Of a stretch of 64,000 nt of DNA, positions 24,923-37,926 are shown piece after piece. Where the stretch lies: positions 1 through 64,000 of the forward strand of contig JBEWZL010000227.1 in the NCBI GenBank assembly GCA_045837725.1. The letters run 5' to 3'. Source of the DNA: Vermamoeba vermiformis (taxonomy: Eukaryota). The notes below the pieces were generated by a model that was given only the letters and a program-made list of their open reading frames with translations, was not told the origin of the DNA and searched no databases. Positions within the stretch are counted from its first letter, which is position 1; each line of letters opens with the position of its first letter. A program made the translations under genes and the position numbers.

Positions 24923-25910
24923 TTAATAGAAATCACCGCCCTTGGATTGTTTCAACATAATTCTCCAGCGAGTAAATCCACCGAAAGCAGCGGCACAAAG
25001 CTATATAGGATAGTTAGTTAATAAATGGCGAATTGATAGTAAAAATAGCTGAAGAAATTTGCAATCTTGATTCAATTTGCTTAAATACTTACGTTAATGT
25101 ACAAGTTGATGAGCAAGGGCACCCAGTACCAGAAGTCATCGGATTGTGTGCAAATGAATTCGAAGGGACTGTTGGGCAAGCGATCGCCACCTAAAGTTTG
25201 TATTAAGTAAGCATTCAGGGATAGCAAACGTCTATATAATTCATGTCCGTAATGTTATTGCAACGAGGCTACCGCTTGTTGAAGTAAACAACGTCTGCTA
25301 AAATAAAGAATTGTTCGATCTCGATCGCGAGTACTTACTGGCTAAAGGCTCTGAGCAGTCCAAAAAGGTAACATACGAAAGGATGATTTGAAGCATAACG
25401 AAAATGAACATAGAGACGTTGACCAAAACGAACTAAAAGAATATAAAGTAAGATCTCTGTGTGGAAATAATAGTCGATTTTTGAGTGGTATAGGCTACTT
25501 ACGATGAGCAATAATTTAACGTGTCTCAGCGATGCTCCCAAAACACCGCAAATACAAACTGCGATCAAGATGGCAGCGCTGACAATGTAAATTGCCAAAG
25601 CAGCTTGATTAGCGGTTGTGTCCAAAGCACCAGGTGTAGTCGCTATTTGGTTGACATAATACCAATAGGGAATGGTCAATACCTAGCAATATCTCGTGGA
25701 TTAGGATTTTATGATTATTTCGGTTGGAATTTTAAAATATTGACAAACTTATATTTGCTCCAAAAATCATAAACGAGCATCTGTATTATTTATATGAGCT
25801 AAGAATAATATTATTCGAATTCTTACCGCAACAAAAACGGCAAAAATAATTGTTAGGATGGCGAATATCTTTCCGCAAGCTCCTAAATCTTTGCACGACA
25901 CTCTACCCAT
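24923..25910 (-). CDS. small multi-pass (about 4 TM, tetraspanin-like topology) membrane protein
   Basis: Spliced hydrophobic segments KIFAILTIIFAVFVA, ALAIYIVSAAILIAVCICGVLGA, FIFVMLQIILSYV and YWVPLLINLYI. A Cys-containing loop lies before the last helix. Confidence 0.65.
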
Positions 25911-26068
25911 GTTTGATATTTAATATTATACACGATGGTACCACTAGTGGTCGTAGAGTTTCTGAATTGAAAAAATAATGCGACGGAGATTTTGTGCAGA
26001 TCACAAAAGTTCGTTACGAAGATGACCAGACACTGCAAATAATAATTCGATAATAATAGGATACTTAT

Positions 26069-28462
26069 ATGGAGGAGATAATTGTACCAGAGCTTGGACC
26101 AAAATTGGTTGAGGTGGTGCTTATTGCCGGTATGGACGCTTTTGAATCTGCTAAGAGCCCCGATAATAGCGAATTATCATTATAATAACTCATTTTATTA
26201 GAATTTGATAACGACAAAGGCACTGTGATTAGGCATCAATACGATCCCAAAAAGATACTAGAGCAATTAGGGTATTTCATTATTCAAGCTCAAAGCATCA
26301 TAAAATATTATAAATATTATTCTTTTGATTTATGGGTGATTAATATCGTATTTAGTGAAGATGAACATTCGATCGGCGATCTGCTTTTGCCAGAAGGCGC
26401 GCAAAATCATGAATGGGTACGTTTTAGAGCTAATAGCAATACATTTTATTAAATACTTATAATTTTAGGATTGGACGTTATTTTTGTTGAATAGAAAGAA
26501 GACGGCCGAGCCATTGACGCTGTCAACTGATGGCTGGGAAGTTATGGACAAGTCTAAAAAAGGAAATACCGCCAGTAGCGAGAAATCGAAGACTTCAATC
26601 CATTACATTACAGGTACTAATTTTAATTAATATTTTCATATTTTCGAAATGGCTGAAGATATTTCCTTTCACAACCTCCTTACCGAACGGGCTCGTGCGC
26701 ATTCAAATATTATCAAATTAGCATAGTAACGTAATTATTATAGAAAAAGAAGAAACGAATGCCACAACTTCCGACCGTCCGTTTTATTGCTTCAACTTGA
26801 TCCATACTAAAAAAGGCGAGCATCTTAAACGAGGAGCAGTAATAGCTTCACTATGCATTGTATGCAGGCACCAGTTTTTCCATTTATACAAGGTAGTTGG
26901 CATCACCAAATGTAACCTAGATCCACTAATGCCTGCGACAGCCCTTCATGCGCGGTGCACTCGAATATTATTTTGCACAAAACACACCGAAGATAGTCGA
27001 GTCTTTGCACCATCAATTGAACGGCATAAACTTTTTGCACGCGCTCAGTGAGTGGCAACAGAGACCCGATTTTTGGGCTGATACTTATCAAGAGTATTTG
27101 CATCCTGTTAAGACCGCTAAAGAATTCAATATCAACTTGCCTATCCACTTTCCGATGCACTATCAGACTGATGAGCTCGCTGAAGTACGAACATTGTCTT
27201 ACGCAATAACTCTTTTCTGACGTATGCGTTTAGGCCTCATTGCTGCTATTAGTGAAGACTTTCAAAGATCAAACTATGACACTATACAATGCATTATTAC
27301 AAGAGAAGAAAGTCATGTTTTTAGGTCACAATTTGCCTTCGTGGACAATTTGCCGTTACGTCATTTCATCGTGCTTGTTGCTAGCACCCATTCACAACGT
27401 GCTTATTGAACGAGCATATCCACTGACTTATCTAGGTGGTTTTGGATTCCAAAATTCGTAAGTACCATTCAATTGCCTTAAATAAGAAATATTCATTGAA
27501 TAATGTGCCAGATCTGGCTACATTGTTGGAGTCAGCAACCCATTCTTCGTTGAAAAGGAGATCTACTGGGACGTTTTATGTGACATTAACTCGGGTACTA
27601 TCAAAACACATAACTCCGGATTCGCAGCGAATATAACTAAGAGCTTATTGTAAGTCAAATTCTCGACTAGATCCGGATCTAATTCGGTGCAGTGGTTGGA
27701 CTAAGCAAAAACTGCAAGGCGAGGCCGATAGAAAAAAGAGCAATCCTGATCAGTGGTTCATGAACGCGGTAAGCTACTGCTTGTATTATTTTCTCAAACG
27801 AGCTAATAGGATCTGGCCAGATCAACCGTGGATTGAAGCAAAATTGTACAGAAAACTGGTTACGAGATCAATTTAGGGTAATGAACGATATCCTCTCTAT
27901 CATATTAATAATTCTATTGCTAGAAATACACGCAAGAACTAATCGACGCGTCATTGGGACTGCCAAGCGATTTTGTTGATGTAAATAGGCACGACGCACC
28001 GTTGAACTTGAAAATTAGAGACTGGAAATTAACACAATCGTATTTGAATTACATGAAGGTAATATTGGTGGTTTATGCTAACTGTGGCTAACGAAGTACG
28101 CGAATAGGATGTGCACGAAAAAATGAAGAACTTAAAGCTTAAAAAGGAAATATTACTTAATGTTCGCAAGCTAAAATCGAAGTTATATGAATCAGACATT
28201 ATGGAGATTATAACCGAATTCGTCGAAGCTGTGAAGACGGAGGAGCAGATAATTGAGGTAAGCGCATCTAGTCCGTTTTAGTTGCAGGAAGACTAAAGAT
28301 ACTAATTATCTTATTTAGTTCTTTATTGAGCTCAAGAAGTATCGCGTTAACTTGCTTGAATTGATTGCACAAATGCCGTTATTCCCTGAAGTTCTAAAAG
28401 AATCAGTCGAGGCTTTGTATGCCCGAATGAACGAGATTAAAGTTAATAAACTTAATATTTGA
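26069..28462 (+). CDS. Afi1/MesA-like DENN-family protein, many exons
   Basis: VVLIA-EFDNDKGTVIRHQY, LLLPEGAQ, DWTLFLLNR, KRGAVIASLCI, ALLQEKKVMFLGH, RAYP and GYIVGVSNPFF. Stop at 28460-28462. Confidence 0.82.
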
Positions 28463-28545
28463 GGCCTCAAAGACTTAGAATTTTATGCTGCGTTAATGAC
28501 ATCCTTTCAAAAACCAATTTTTGGGCAGTGGTAAATCCTTCACCG

Positions 28546-31500
28546 ATGGAGAACGAGGAAGCGCCGAATTTCTTTAATTTTTCGGATGACTTAGTCTTAG
28601 TCAACAATAGCGAAAAGAAAGAGAAGAAGGATTTCACTACGGAAGACTGGATTTGTCGTAAACCACAGTCTTTCCTTTACAATTGCATAGCTAGCCGTCG
28701 TACAGGCCCCGAGAACATTAAAAAATATTTATCCTATGACTGGAGCAATGCTAGCGAAGCAGCTAAGAAAGCCCTTGCGGAGCAACTGGATGTAGAAAAT
28801 CCTTTTCATCCTATCGAAGCCATAGCGAAGTATAAAGACCCTACAGGGGGTACATTACTTCAGTTCCTCTTAGACAACTCCAAGATATCGATAAAAGGTG
28901 CGTTGTAGATTTTTAATTTAAATAATTGATATTTTCTAGACTAATTCGCTAACGAGTCATTTGAAGATTTTGTTTGTAAACAAAATAGAGGCAGTCTATT
29001 AAACGTAACGGCGCCTCTGGGGCATTTATTTGAGAATCCGAAGTATTTTTACAGCACGGGGCTGATCCACTCGAATCCACCACATTAGAAGGAGTTGTTA
29101 GAGCATCACAAATTGAAATATTGAAAATATTCAAAAAATACGTGACCGTAAGTGACCTCAAACTGACCTATTAACCTAACACCAATTTGTGACAGGAGGT
29201 AGATCGTTTTTTCAACTTGGTAATGGGAGCAGCCGCGAAGCTTTCTTTCCCTGTGCTCAAATATTTGATCGAAGAAGAGAAGCAATCGATTGAAGGAAGA
29301 TATCCTGATAGAACGGTGCTTCAACATCTGATCGTTCGAATGAACGGTGATTGGGGGCGTGATAATCTTAGGGACGCTATATCTTATACTCTTCCGCTGG
29401 TATCTGATATCGATGAATCCGATTCTGATGGAAATACGGGTAAGTTAAATAATTAATCTTTGTGGATTAGTCACTTCTTCGAATTTTTTTTGAGCTGAAG
29501 CGTTATTTTTGAATATTGTACTTGCAAATAGGTGATATTCATGTTACTAATATTGTATTGTAGTGCTGTTTTACGCTGTTTACTACGGCTCAAGACAAGA
29601 CTGGCTGATAAAATTGGTGTTATCGAGAAATCCGAATATGAGCGCCAAGGCCAAAAAATTACGAACAAAAGACGATCTATAAGAAAATATTTTATTTTTT
29701 GTCGTGCGCGGCGGAGTTACTGATGAGGAGATTTGGAAACTACTGGTTGAGCGGTACGACGAAATATCCATGTAACAATTGTGACACTAATATTAACTTG
29801 CAGGTGTTCCATTGATATTTTCAAGTGGAAAAATTCAAATCAAGAAAATTTATTGCATTACACTTGCAGATCTGATCCCGAATACAACTTCTTCATTATG
29901 ATTCTGGCGACTTTAAAAGAGGTATATATGGTCATAATTAGTTGTATTGTATTAATGAATCTTCTTAGAAAGGTCTGCTGCGCGAGATGATGTTGGAAAA
30001 GGATATTAACGGCGATCTTCCGATTTTTGTGGCGCTAGCGGAGTTAGCTAGACTTGAAGCTAGTATCTTAAAAGGAGAACAATATATTACCGATAGCAAA
30101 GCAGCAGCACGAGCGATGGTTAGAAAGCTAATTGACACTGCCAAAGAACTCGATATTGATACCACCGAATTTCGCAGCGGAAGAAATGAGTCATTTGATG
30201 GGCTATTGGCCAAATATGATTTGTTACCGAAGGTTGATTTTTGCATAGTTACACTTATGTCTGATTGTTGACATTTCCATTTTAGGAAAGAAGAGTTTCG
30301 CCTCGGATTTTCAGTGAACAAGTCGATCTCAATCTCGGGGAATTGACAATTCTTCCGAGAGACGTGCTCGTGAATATTTTTCAATGGTTGGACCTGAGTG
30401 AAGCCGTAATGTTGTTGACGGTTAGCAAAAAGTTCTTTCAAGTTCTGACCTCGAAGCAAATCTGGGCCAAAGAATTGCCCATTGGAAATTTCGGAACCAA
30501 AGGTACTAATAACGATGGCGCTTCTTTCGTGAAGTTAAGAGAAAAAAATCTCATCGGTACTAACGGAATTTATGATAAAGAAACTTTTGAGCCGTTTTCA
30601 AGGCTGTGTGCCATTGAACGATCAAAAAAGCTGATGGCTGTGCCGACCAACACGGATTGGTTTGCTGAAGTCATCGAAGTCACGAACGGCGAGGGAAATT
30701 TGAGTTTTGAACACGAGTTTATTTATGGATTGAAACTGCACGGTAAAGTACGCGTGAATGACATTAATTGAATTTATTTCCCGAACATAGTACTAATATA
30801 ATTTATTATTCAGCCCATTATTGCGAGTTTTCCTGATAACGGTGGCTCAATCGTCCGTTGCATTTTGCGTTGTGGCTCATTGACGGAAGAAAAGAAGCAG
30901 TATGTTGCCAAATTAGGTAATTTTCAGATAATTATAATAATACCTGACCAGTACTACAGAATCTTAGTAGAGCTATCTAACTAACTTAAAAACAGAAAAT
31001 ATTTTAAACAATGGCATCGAAGCATTGGATTTGTCTACGCTCCTTGAAGACATGACACCGTTCATGAACGTGTTAAACAATGGTCGTTACCTTGTCTCGC
31101 TAAAGCACAAGCAAAGGTTCTTGATCTACGAGTACAATACTCAAACTATCTTGCCGCAGTTCTTCAGTAAGACAAAATAATATTCATTTACACGATCTAA
31201 CGCATCTTTCAGGTGAGTATCCGAGTGAAACGCTATTACTGTTTACGCAACCGTCAGATCAACTCGATCGGTCAAGGATCGAGTATTACAAAAGTGAAAT
31301 TGAAAGAGGAAAGCGACCTATAATACTGCTACTGCAGGGCTGTTGGGAGGCTTACTTGATAGACGGTCATCATAAGGTAATTTATTCCGCTGAACTCCTC
31401 GTTGGAATCCACTTGTTGGATGCCGCTTGAACTTACCTGCCTTTGTAGATGAAGGCATATATGGAGACCAATAGAACAGGCGATGCAATTTTTATATCAA

Positions 31501-31646
31501 TCGATATACTCAGCTTACAGAAACGCTTGTCGCGTGCAGAAGAGTTGCAATACATCAGCGTCAATCACGAGGCACTGCAGGCACACAAGAGGGCAATGCG
31601 ATATCATACTTATCCCGAGGATCCGAAGAAAGAGGGAAGATATTAA
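28546..31646 (+). CDS. ankyrin-like repeat + F-box + ParB/Srx-like domain protein, multi-exon
   Basis: Ankyrin-like GGTLLQF, VLKYLIEE, DSDGNT, ENLLHYTC and DINGDLPIFVA. F-box LTILPRDVLVNIFQWLDLSEAVMLLTVSKKF at 30343. C-terminal RPIILL...AYLIDGHHK-MKAY. Confidence 0.65.
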
Positions 31647-31930
31647 TATGCATCTGTTAATAGTTTATTTTGGCTGCAATTCTTTGTTACAAGATCCTGA
31701 TCCGCGCTTGTCTATAAATAGACGAACACTAATTGGCGCATTAATCCTGTAAAAACTTCAGCAAAGTAAGAACGAACTAGTATTGGCCTAGTGAGGCAGA
31801 GTCTGATGGCCCAGTGAAAAAGGTGACGGGACCCGGTGACAAGTGCATCCCAGAAAATTCCAATTTGTCTCCGCGAAGCTTTGAGAGCACCACGAATAGC
31901 TACCAAACCTTCTTATTTTATTATACAATT

Positions 31931-34183
31931 ATGACTGGCGCTAAATTAGTGGCCTTCTTATTGTTCCTGACGTGCGTTCAGTTGATCGCCGCGTAAGTTT
32001 CCTTTAAACACGAATTATAATATTGATATAATTATGAATACGATTAAAATCGTTCATAGACCTTAATATTATGGAGAAAATTCTTACTCAACGCCTAGAA
32101 TTATTTTCGAAGTTAATGTTGACTGTGTGATCCAGACAAAATAATCTCGTGGTGAAGACACAAAATGGATACGTACAAGGATATGAATCAGACAACACTA
32201 GATATTTTTATGGTAATTATTTATGTATTTTGAATCGGATCACAAGTTCCTGACACTTTTCAGGCATTCCATTCGCACAACCGCCATTGAATGACCTTCG
32301 CTTCAAACCTCCACAACCAGTAATTAATTGGAGCGGTACTATTGATGCTACTAAGCCTGTAAGCTAATATTTAAAGTATTTTCTTTTTTTCTGATCTCAA
32401 TCGCAGAGTCCAGCTTGCATGCAAACACCTGTACAAATGGGCATTCATATCAATACTAGCGAGGACTGTTTATACTTGAATGTTTACGCTCCTGTTAATG
32501 CCCAAGCGGGAGCTGATCTGCCTGTCATGGTGTGGATTTACGGAGGCAGTTTTAAGTATGGCTGGGGCAGTTTGTACGACGGATCATGGCTCGTAAATGC
32601 AGGCAACGTTGTCGTAGTTACATTCAACTACAGACTTGGTGCTTTTGGTAAGTACCCGCACATCGTTCGGATCAAATCCACGGCTTGAACTGTCAAAAAA
32701 TCGTGGCAACGAAATTTCTTTATTACTAAATCTCACGATTACAGGCATGATGGCATTACCCGAGTTGCAAAAAGAGAACTCTTCGTTCCCAACAACAGGC
32801 CTGTACTTCTTGCAAGATCAACGTGCTGCGTTGCAATGGGTGCAGAACAACATTAGGAACTTTGGCGGCAATCCCAACGATATGTAAGTACTGACCATAG
32901 TTAATTCGCACTAGCCAGCAGCGGACATTGTATAAAAATCAATGACACGCGTCAAATCGGGGTTCGTGTCATCGCGTGTCCATGTCTCTAACCCTTTGTA
33001 ATTACAAATTACGGTGGTCTTTAAGACGTTCAAATGTCAATTCAAGACGTTAAGTCGCATATGAACCAATAATGCTAATGTATCTTTTTGCGTCTAGTAC
33101 GTTGTTCGGCGAGTCAGCAGGAGCGATCAGCACGTGCATTCATTACACAGACAAGTACAGCGAGAATTTGTTTCATGCTGCGATCATGGAGAGTGGATTC
33201 TGCGGCCTCCAGTCATTGCAGAAGGGCATTGATATGAGCAACAGTGCGGTGGACAAATCTGGCTGCAAAAACGCAGCGGATCGCGTGGCTTGTTTGAGAA
33301 AACTTTCGGCTGAAGAATTGTTCAAAGCCACGAATTCTTTTAGCTGGTAATGAGACCATTGATTCACTACTCTATGGACTATATTACTATCGTTGTCCTT
33401 TAGGGAACCTTCGGTTGATGGAGTTGAACTGGATGCAGATCCAGTAGTCAAAATCAAATCCGGCAAAATTCAACACAAGCCATTGCTCATTGGTGCTAAT
33501 AGAGATGAGGCAAGCTATTTTATTTGCGGTGACAAAAGAGCGTCGAATTTATCCGCTTGGGAGTACGTTGCGTTTGTCGTCGGAGAATTTGGTTACAGCG
33601 AAGGAATTCAAGCCCTGGGAAAATATCCGATCACTAACGAACAAACTGCCGTGCAAGCCTTGATTAATATGGAAACGGATTATATCTTCAAATGTCCCTC
33701 CACCCTCGTACGTGCCAATCATCTCAGATCACCGCAAAAACTAACTGACTTCTTGCAATGCTTAGTTAGCTAGTGGCTTATCCAATGCTTCCATCCCCGT
33801 GTATTTCTACTCATTCGAGCAAGTAATAGCTGCAAAGATGTGGCCTGGAAGTTGTTGGGGAGTGCCGCACACCACTGAACTCGTGTTTTTGTTCCCGAGC
33901 TTGCGTAAGTATCTCCGACAATCCAAATATAGTAATAGACTAAAATGATCACATAGCGTTCTACACACTCAATGGTGAAGATAAGATATTGTCGCAAGTG
34001 ATGCTGAACTACTGGACAACATTTGCACGCACCAAAAACCCTAACTTCTCATCGAGCCCAGTGCAATGGCCGCTGTTCGGAAACACATCTAACTACATTA
34101 TATTGAAGCACGACATTGCAACCGGAACCAATTTCCGAACTGAATTCTGTCCCACTCTGTGGTGGAACTTCCCGCAACTTTAG
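31931..34183 (+). CDS. type-B carboxylesterase/lipase, secreted
   Basis: Signal peptide, [56 protein letters not shown], catalytic GESAG and AAHTTELVF. Confidence 0.95.
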
Positions 34184-34581
34184 CTCGTTTGAACCTCAAA
34201 ATTGAAACATAAACGAAGTTTTTTACCACCGGTCAATACGTCGCAGTTGATGCAGTGGTTGGAAATCAGCATTACTCGGAGGGAGGTTAAATCGTTCCAT
34301 GAAAATAATATTATTAATCGCTCAGTGTGCAGTTTTCTACGCGGATGGTTGAAGAAGATGAGTCGTGAGATTAATTTTCGTAGGTAAGTTACGTAGATGT
34401 CAAAACACGCCATACAACGTCTTTCTGATGTGTCTCTAAATCTGCTGTCGATAGGATTACCTACATATCTTGTGAGTCTTGTGTGATTTTGTATGCATTT
34501 GTGAGGTCATACAAAAGTCGACATAACGTGAAATATTTATTGTTGTTGATTCATATAAAGGGAAACAACAAATCAACAACA

Positions 34582-36029
34582 ATGTTACACAATCACAATA
34601 ATAACTCAACTGTATTGGACACAGTTTGTTCGATGGTCAGCGATAAAGAGGCTAAAAGACTGGCGGGTAAATATGGCTTAGACATCCAGCTCGTAGCTTG
34701 GGAAGATAATGCTCGATCGAAGAACAGTGTATGGGGTCCTTGCATTTCAGACAGTAAGCAAAGAACTCAAAATTAAAATCATTTACTTTCCGGATTAGTT
34801 AAAAAAAATGTTACTAACCGTTCAAATTAGTGACTTTGCAAGTCAATACTCGTGCCTTACCAGTAATTCGAGCACCAAACTACACCGACTTGACTTGGGA
34901 CATCCCAATCGAAAAAATTCCTCTCGTTGTCGGCAATGAGAAAGGCACCAATTTGCGGGTGGTGACGTTGAAGGAGTATTTGAATAACTTCCGAAACTAC
35001 TTGCACAGGCCCAACAGCTGGAAGGGCAATAGAGTCTCACTGCTCGCTCCTCGCGACTCACACGTGGTGACGTCAGCGCAAGCTTGCTTCTTGCCGATCC
35101 CGAGCTCTGAAGACGCCAAGTTCAACGTTGCTATTTACAACTACCAAACGACCGCGAACAACCCTGCTGTGCTGGCCATTGTGGCCTCGAGCAAAGGCAC
35201 TTCAGCACAAGTCTTGGGCCAAAACAGTGCCATGCGCAAATTGTTCTTCAACAACAACGGTGAAAAATGCTCGTTCTTGGGTCAGCGATTGAGCGACTAC
35301 CGCATCGACCAGGGCCAGACTGAAGACCTGTCAGCACCCATGTCGCAAGAAGAGACGCAGCAGAACATGTTACTCATCATTCAAGTGCCGCTCAAACAAA
35401 AGTCGATACTTAATTACGACAAAATCACTATCAAGAGGAAGACGAACTTTGGCGCTCATATCTCTTCATCTTTAACCTACCAACAACAGAAAGAGTCCAA
35501 CGTGGAAGATGCGATTATTAGCATTGGTGAGAGTGAGGGCGAGTTCAACGAGATCAACGACTTGGAGATTGAACGCGATGAGAAGTATCCAGTGCGCGTC
35601 ACAGTGCAGTTCTACAAGGCCACGGACAATGGCGTGGTGAATGAGCAGGACATCAAGCAAATCTCCGAGCAGATCCACGGTGCACGAACGAATGCAGATT
35701 TCATTGGCTCGCTCGTGGTGGCTGGCACAACGAACAGACCCACCGAGCCCAACTTGTCCAGCAGCACTACAACAAATGACATTGCGCCGCCTTGGTGGAC
35801 CGAATTTTGGCTCGTGCACGGTCCCAACTACCCGCAGTACACAGAACAGCGTGCCAAGGACAAAGTGTTCTCTGACGGCAGATACCGAAACAGCTCGATG
35901 AACGATGTGCACGAACAAATCATCGACTTGTTGGACGAAAGTGAATCGAACGAGAACGAGCCCGCTCAGCCTTTGCTGGGCTGGTTGAAAAGTAAATTGG
36001 CCTCTATATTAGGTATTTTTGGATATTGA
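34582..36029 (+). CDS. conserved-looking protein of unknown function, 2 exons
   Basis: Intron 34754-34830 joins VAWEDNARSKNSVWGPCISD-MTL to a 399-codon open frame containing AQACFLP and FNVAIYNYQT. Confidence 0.8.
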
Positions 36030-36334
36030 TTAAATAAATGGAAATTAACGTCAACTATTTTAGTCTGACCGCGCTTGCTCTTCTCAATACGTTATCTGTA
36101 TTAGACTCAATTATGATTGACAGATCTAATCGTCACGCTTGTCAAAAGGATTGCACGCGAAGTACATATAGGAACTGTTAAAAGTCACATAATCATCAGA
36201 TTTGGTAAGCATTCTAAAAGTCCAATGTGAATTTGACGTCTCGTCAAACGGGACAACTGAGCACATCCAGTGGACAATTGAGCGTTAACCTCAAAATAAT
36301 CATTTTCATAATATTATTTTAATAGGAACACATC

Positions 36335-37684
36335 ATGTCCAAACTATTTATCATTTATTTAGCCTTCATCGGCTTGGCTGTTGTATCGTGCGATCCACAA
36401 CTCGACGCGTTGCAAGATCTGTATCGTGCAACTAACGGCAAAATATGGCGTAATAGCTTAGGATGGAACACAACAAACTACTGCTCATACTACGGCGTCA
36501 GATGCGACGGAGACAAAGTTGTTTCGTTGAAATTAATTCGAAACAATCTTCAAGGGACGATTCCCAGCTCTATTGCAAGCCTGTATTACTTGCGCAATAT
36601 TAGTTTGGCTGAAAATGTCATTTCCGGTCAGATCCCGCCTTCGATCGGCAAATTGTATTTCCTGCAAGAACTGCGACTTAGCACGAATCGATTGACTGGA
36701 CCTATTCCTATGGATGCGATTAGTGGTCTACAATCATTAGTTGAACTCGATTTGGGCTACAATGAACTTACAGGCACTCTTTCGTCCTTGATCGGCAACC
36801 TCAGCAATTTAACGAGACTGACTCTGGACAGAAACAAATTAACTGGCAAGATTCCATCGACTGTAACCAATCTCAAGAAGTTGCAGATTTTCAGTGTGGT
36901 CTACAATGCTTTTTCTGGTCCAATTCCCGACTTCTTCAGTCAATTGCCGCAGCTTTGGGGTTTATCCTTATTAGGAAATCAATTCGCCGGAACTATCCCC
37001 GACAGCATTGGCAACATGACGCAGCTCACGTGGCTTCAACTTGGCTCGAATAAATTGACTGGCACAATCCCGAACTTCATTGGATCTTTAGTGAATCTGG
37101 ATGCACTTTGGCTGAACAGCAATCAACTCACTGGTACTATACCTGAATCTATTGGCCGCTTGACGAAGATGCAGTGGCTGTATTTGGAAGCGAATCAACT
37201 CACCGGCACCATTCCTGCTTCCATCCGCAACTTGAAGCAACTTAACACCGCTCAATTTTACACCAATCAATTGAGCGGAACAATTCCTGAATGGTTCAGT
37301 GAACTACAACAATTACTGCTGCTCGGTCTCAACGACAACAAGCTCACCGGAACTATTCCAGAATCGTTGAGCAAGTGCGACAGCTTAATGTACCTCTATT
37401 TGGACGACAATAGGCTCACTGGCACACTGCCAGCATCGTTTGGCAATAAGAAGTATATGGGTAGCCTATCATTCAGCCACAATAATTTGACTGGATCCGT
37501 TCCTACTTCGTGGAGCAATCTCCCGATCCAATACCTCAAGCTTGACGGCAACCAATTAGATCACGTGTCAGTGACTGCTCCGCCGCTCTATCCATTGTAC
37601 GTATGCGATTTGAGCGACAATCCATTCAAGTGTCCGATCCCTGACTGGGCAAAGAATGATTGCAGCGCAACGTGTCAACTGTAA
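36335..37684 (+). CDS. secreted plant-type (PGIP-like) leucine-rich-repeat protein, intronless
   Basis: Signal peptide, LRRNT cap (ATNG..W..W..C.YYGVRC), many 24-aa LxxLxLxxNxLTGTIP repeats and a Cys-rich cap (CDLSDNPFKCPIPDW..C.ATC). No TM helix. Confidence 0.95.
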   Translation: MSKLFIIYLAFIGLAVVSCDPQLDALQDLYRATNGKIWRNSLGWNTTNYCSYYGVRCDGDKVVSLKLIRNNLQGTIPSSIASLYYLRNISLAENVISGQIPPSIGKLYFLQELRLSTNRLTGPIPMDAISGLQSLVELDLGYNELTGTLSSLIGNLSNLTRLTLDRNKLTGKIPSTVTNLKKLQIFSVVYNAFSGPIPDFFSQLPQLWGLSLLGNQFAGTIPDSIGNMTQLTWLQLGSNKLTGTIPNFIGSLVNLDALWLNSNQLTGTIPESIGRLTKMQWLYLEANQLTGTIPASIRNLKQLNTAQFYTNQLSGTIPEWFSELQQLLLLGLNDNKLTGTIPESLSKCDSLMYLYLDDNRLTGTLPASFGNKKYMGSLSFSHNNLTGSVPTSWSNLPIQYLKLDGNQLDHVSVTAPPLYPLYVCDLSDNPFKCPIPDWAKNDCSATCQL

Positions 37685-37926
37685 TTTAATTAAGTGTACT
37701 AATTCAAGAATAAAGACGACTACTCACAAAATGAAAAAAATGTTTAAAGTTTTCGCTCGCTAAAAGCAAACCCTTTTTTTTTGCGAATGTAACGACTTAC
37801 GATTACTGGAGTTAATTGTTTTTTAATTACTTTTTCTCCGTGAACCAAGAAATTAATTGCTTTCCGGCCTTGTTTAGTTTCGCTAAAAGCGTCTCGTTTC
37901 CTTTTAAAAAATATTAGTTGAGCCAC

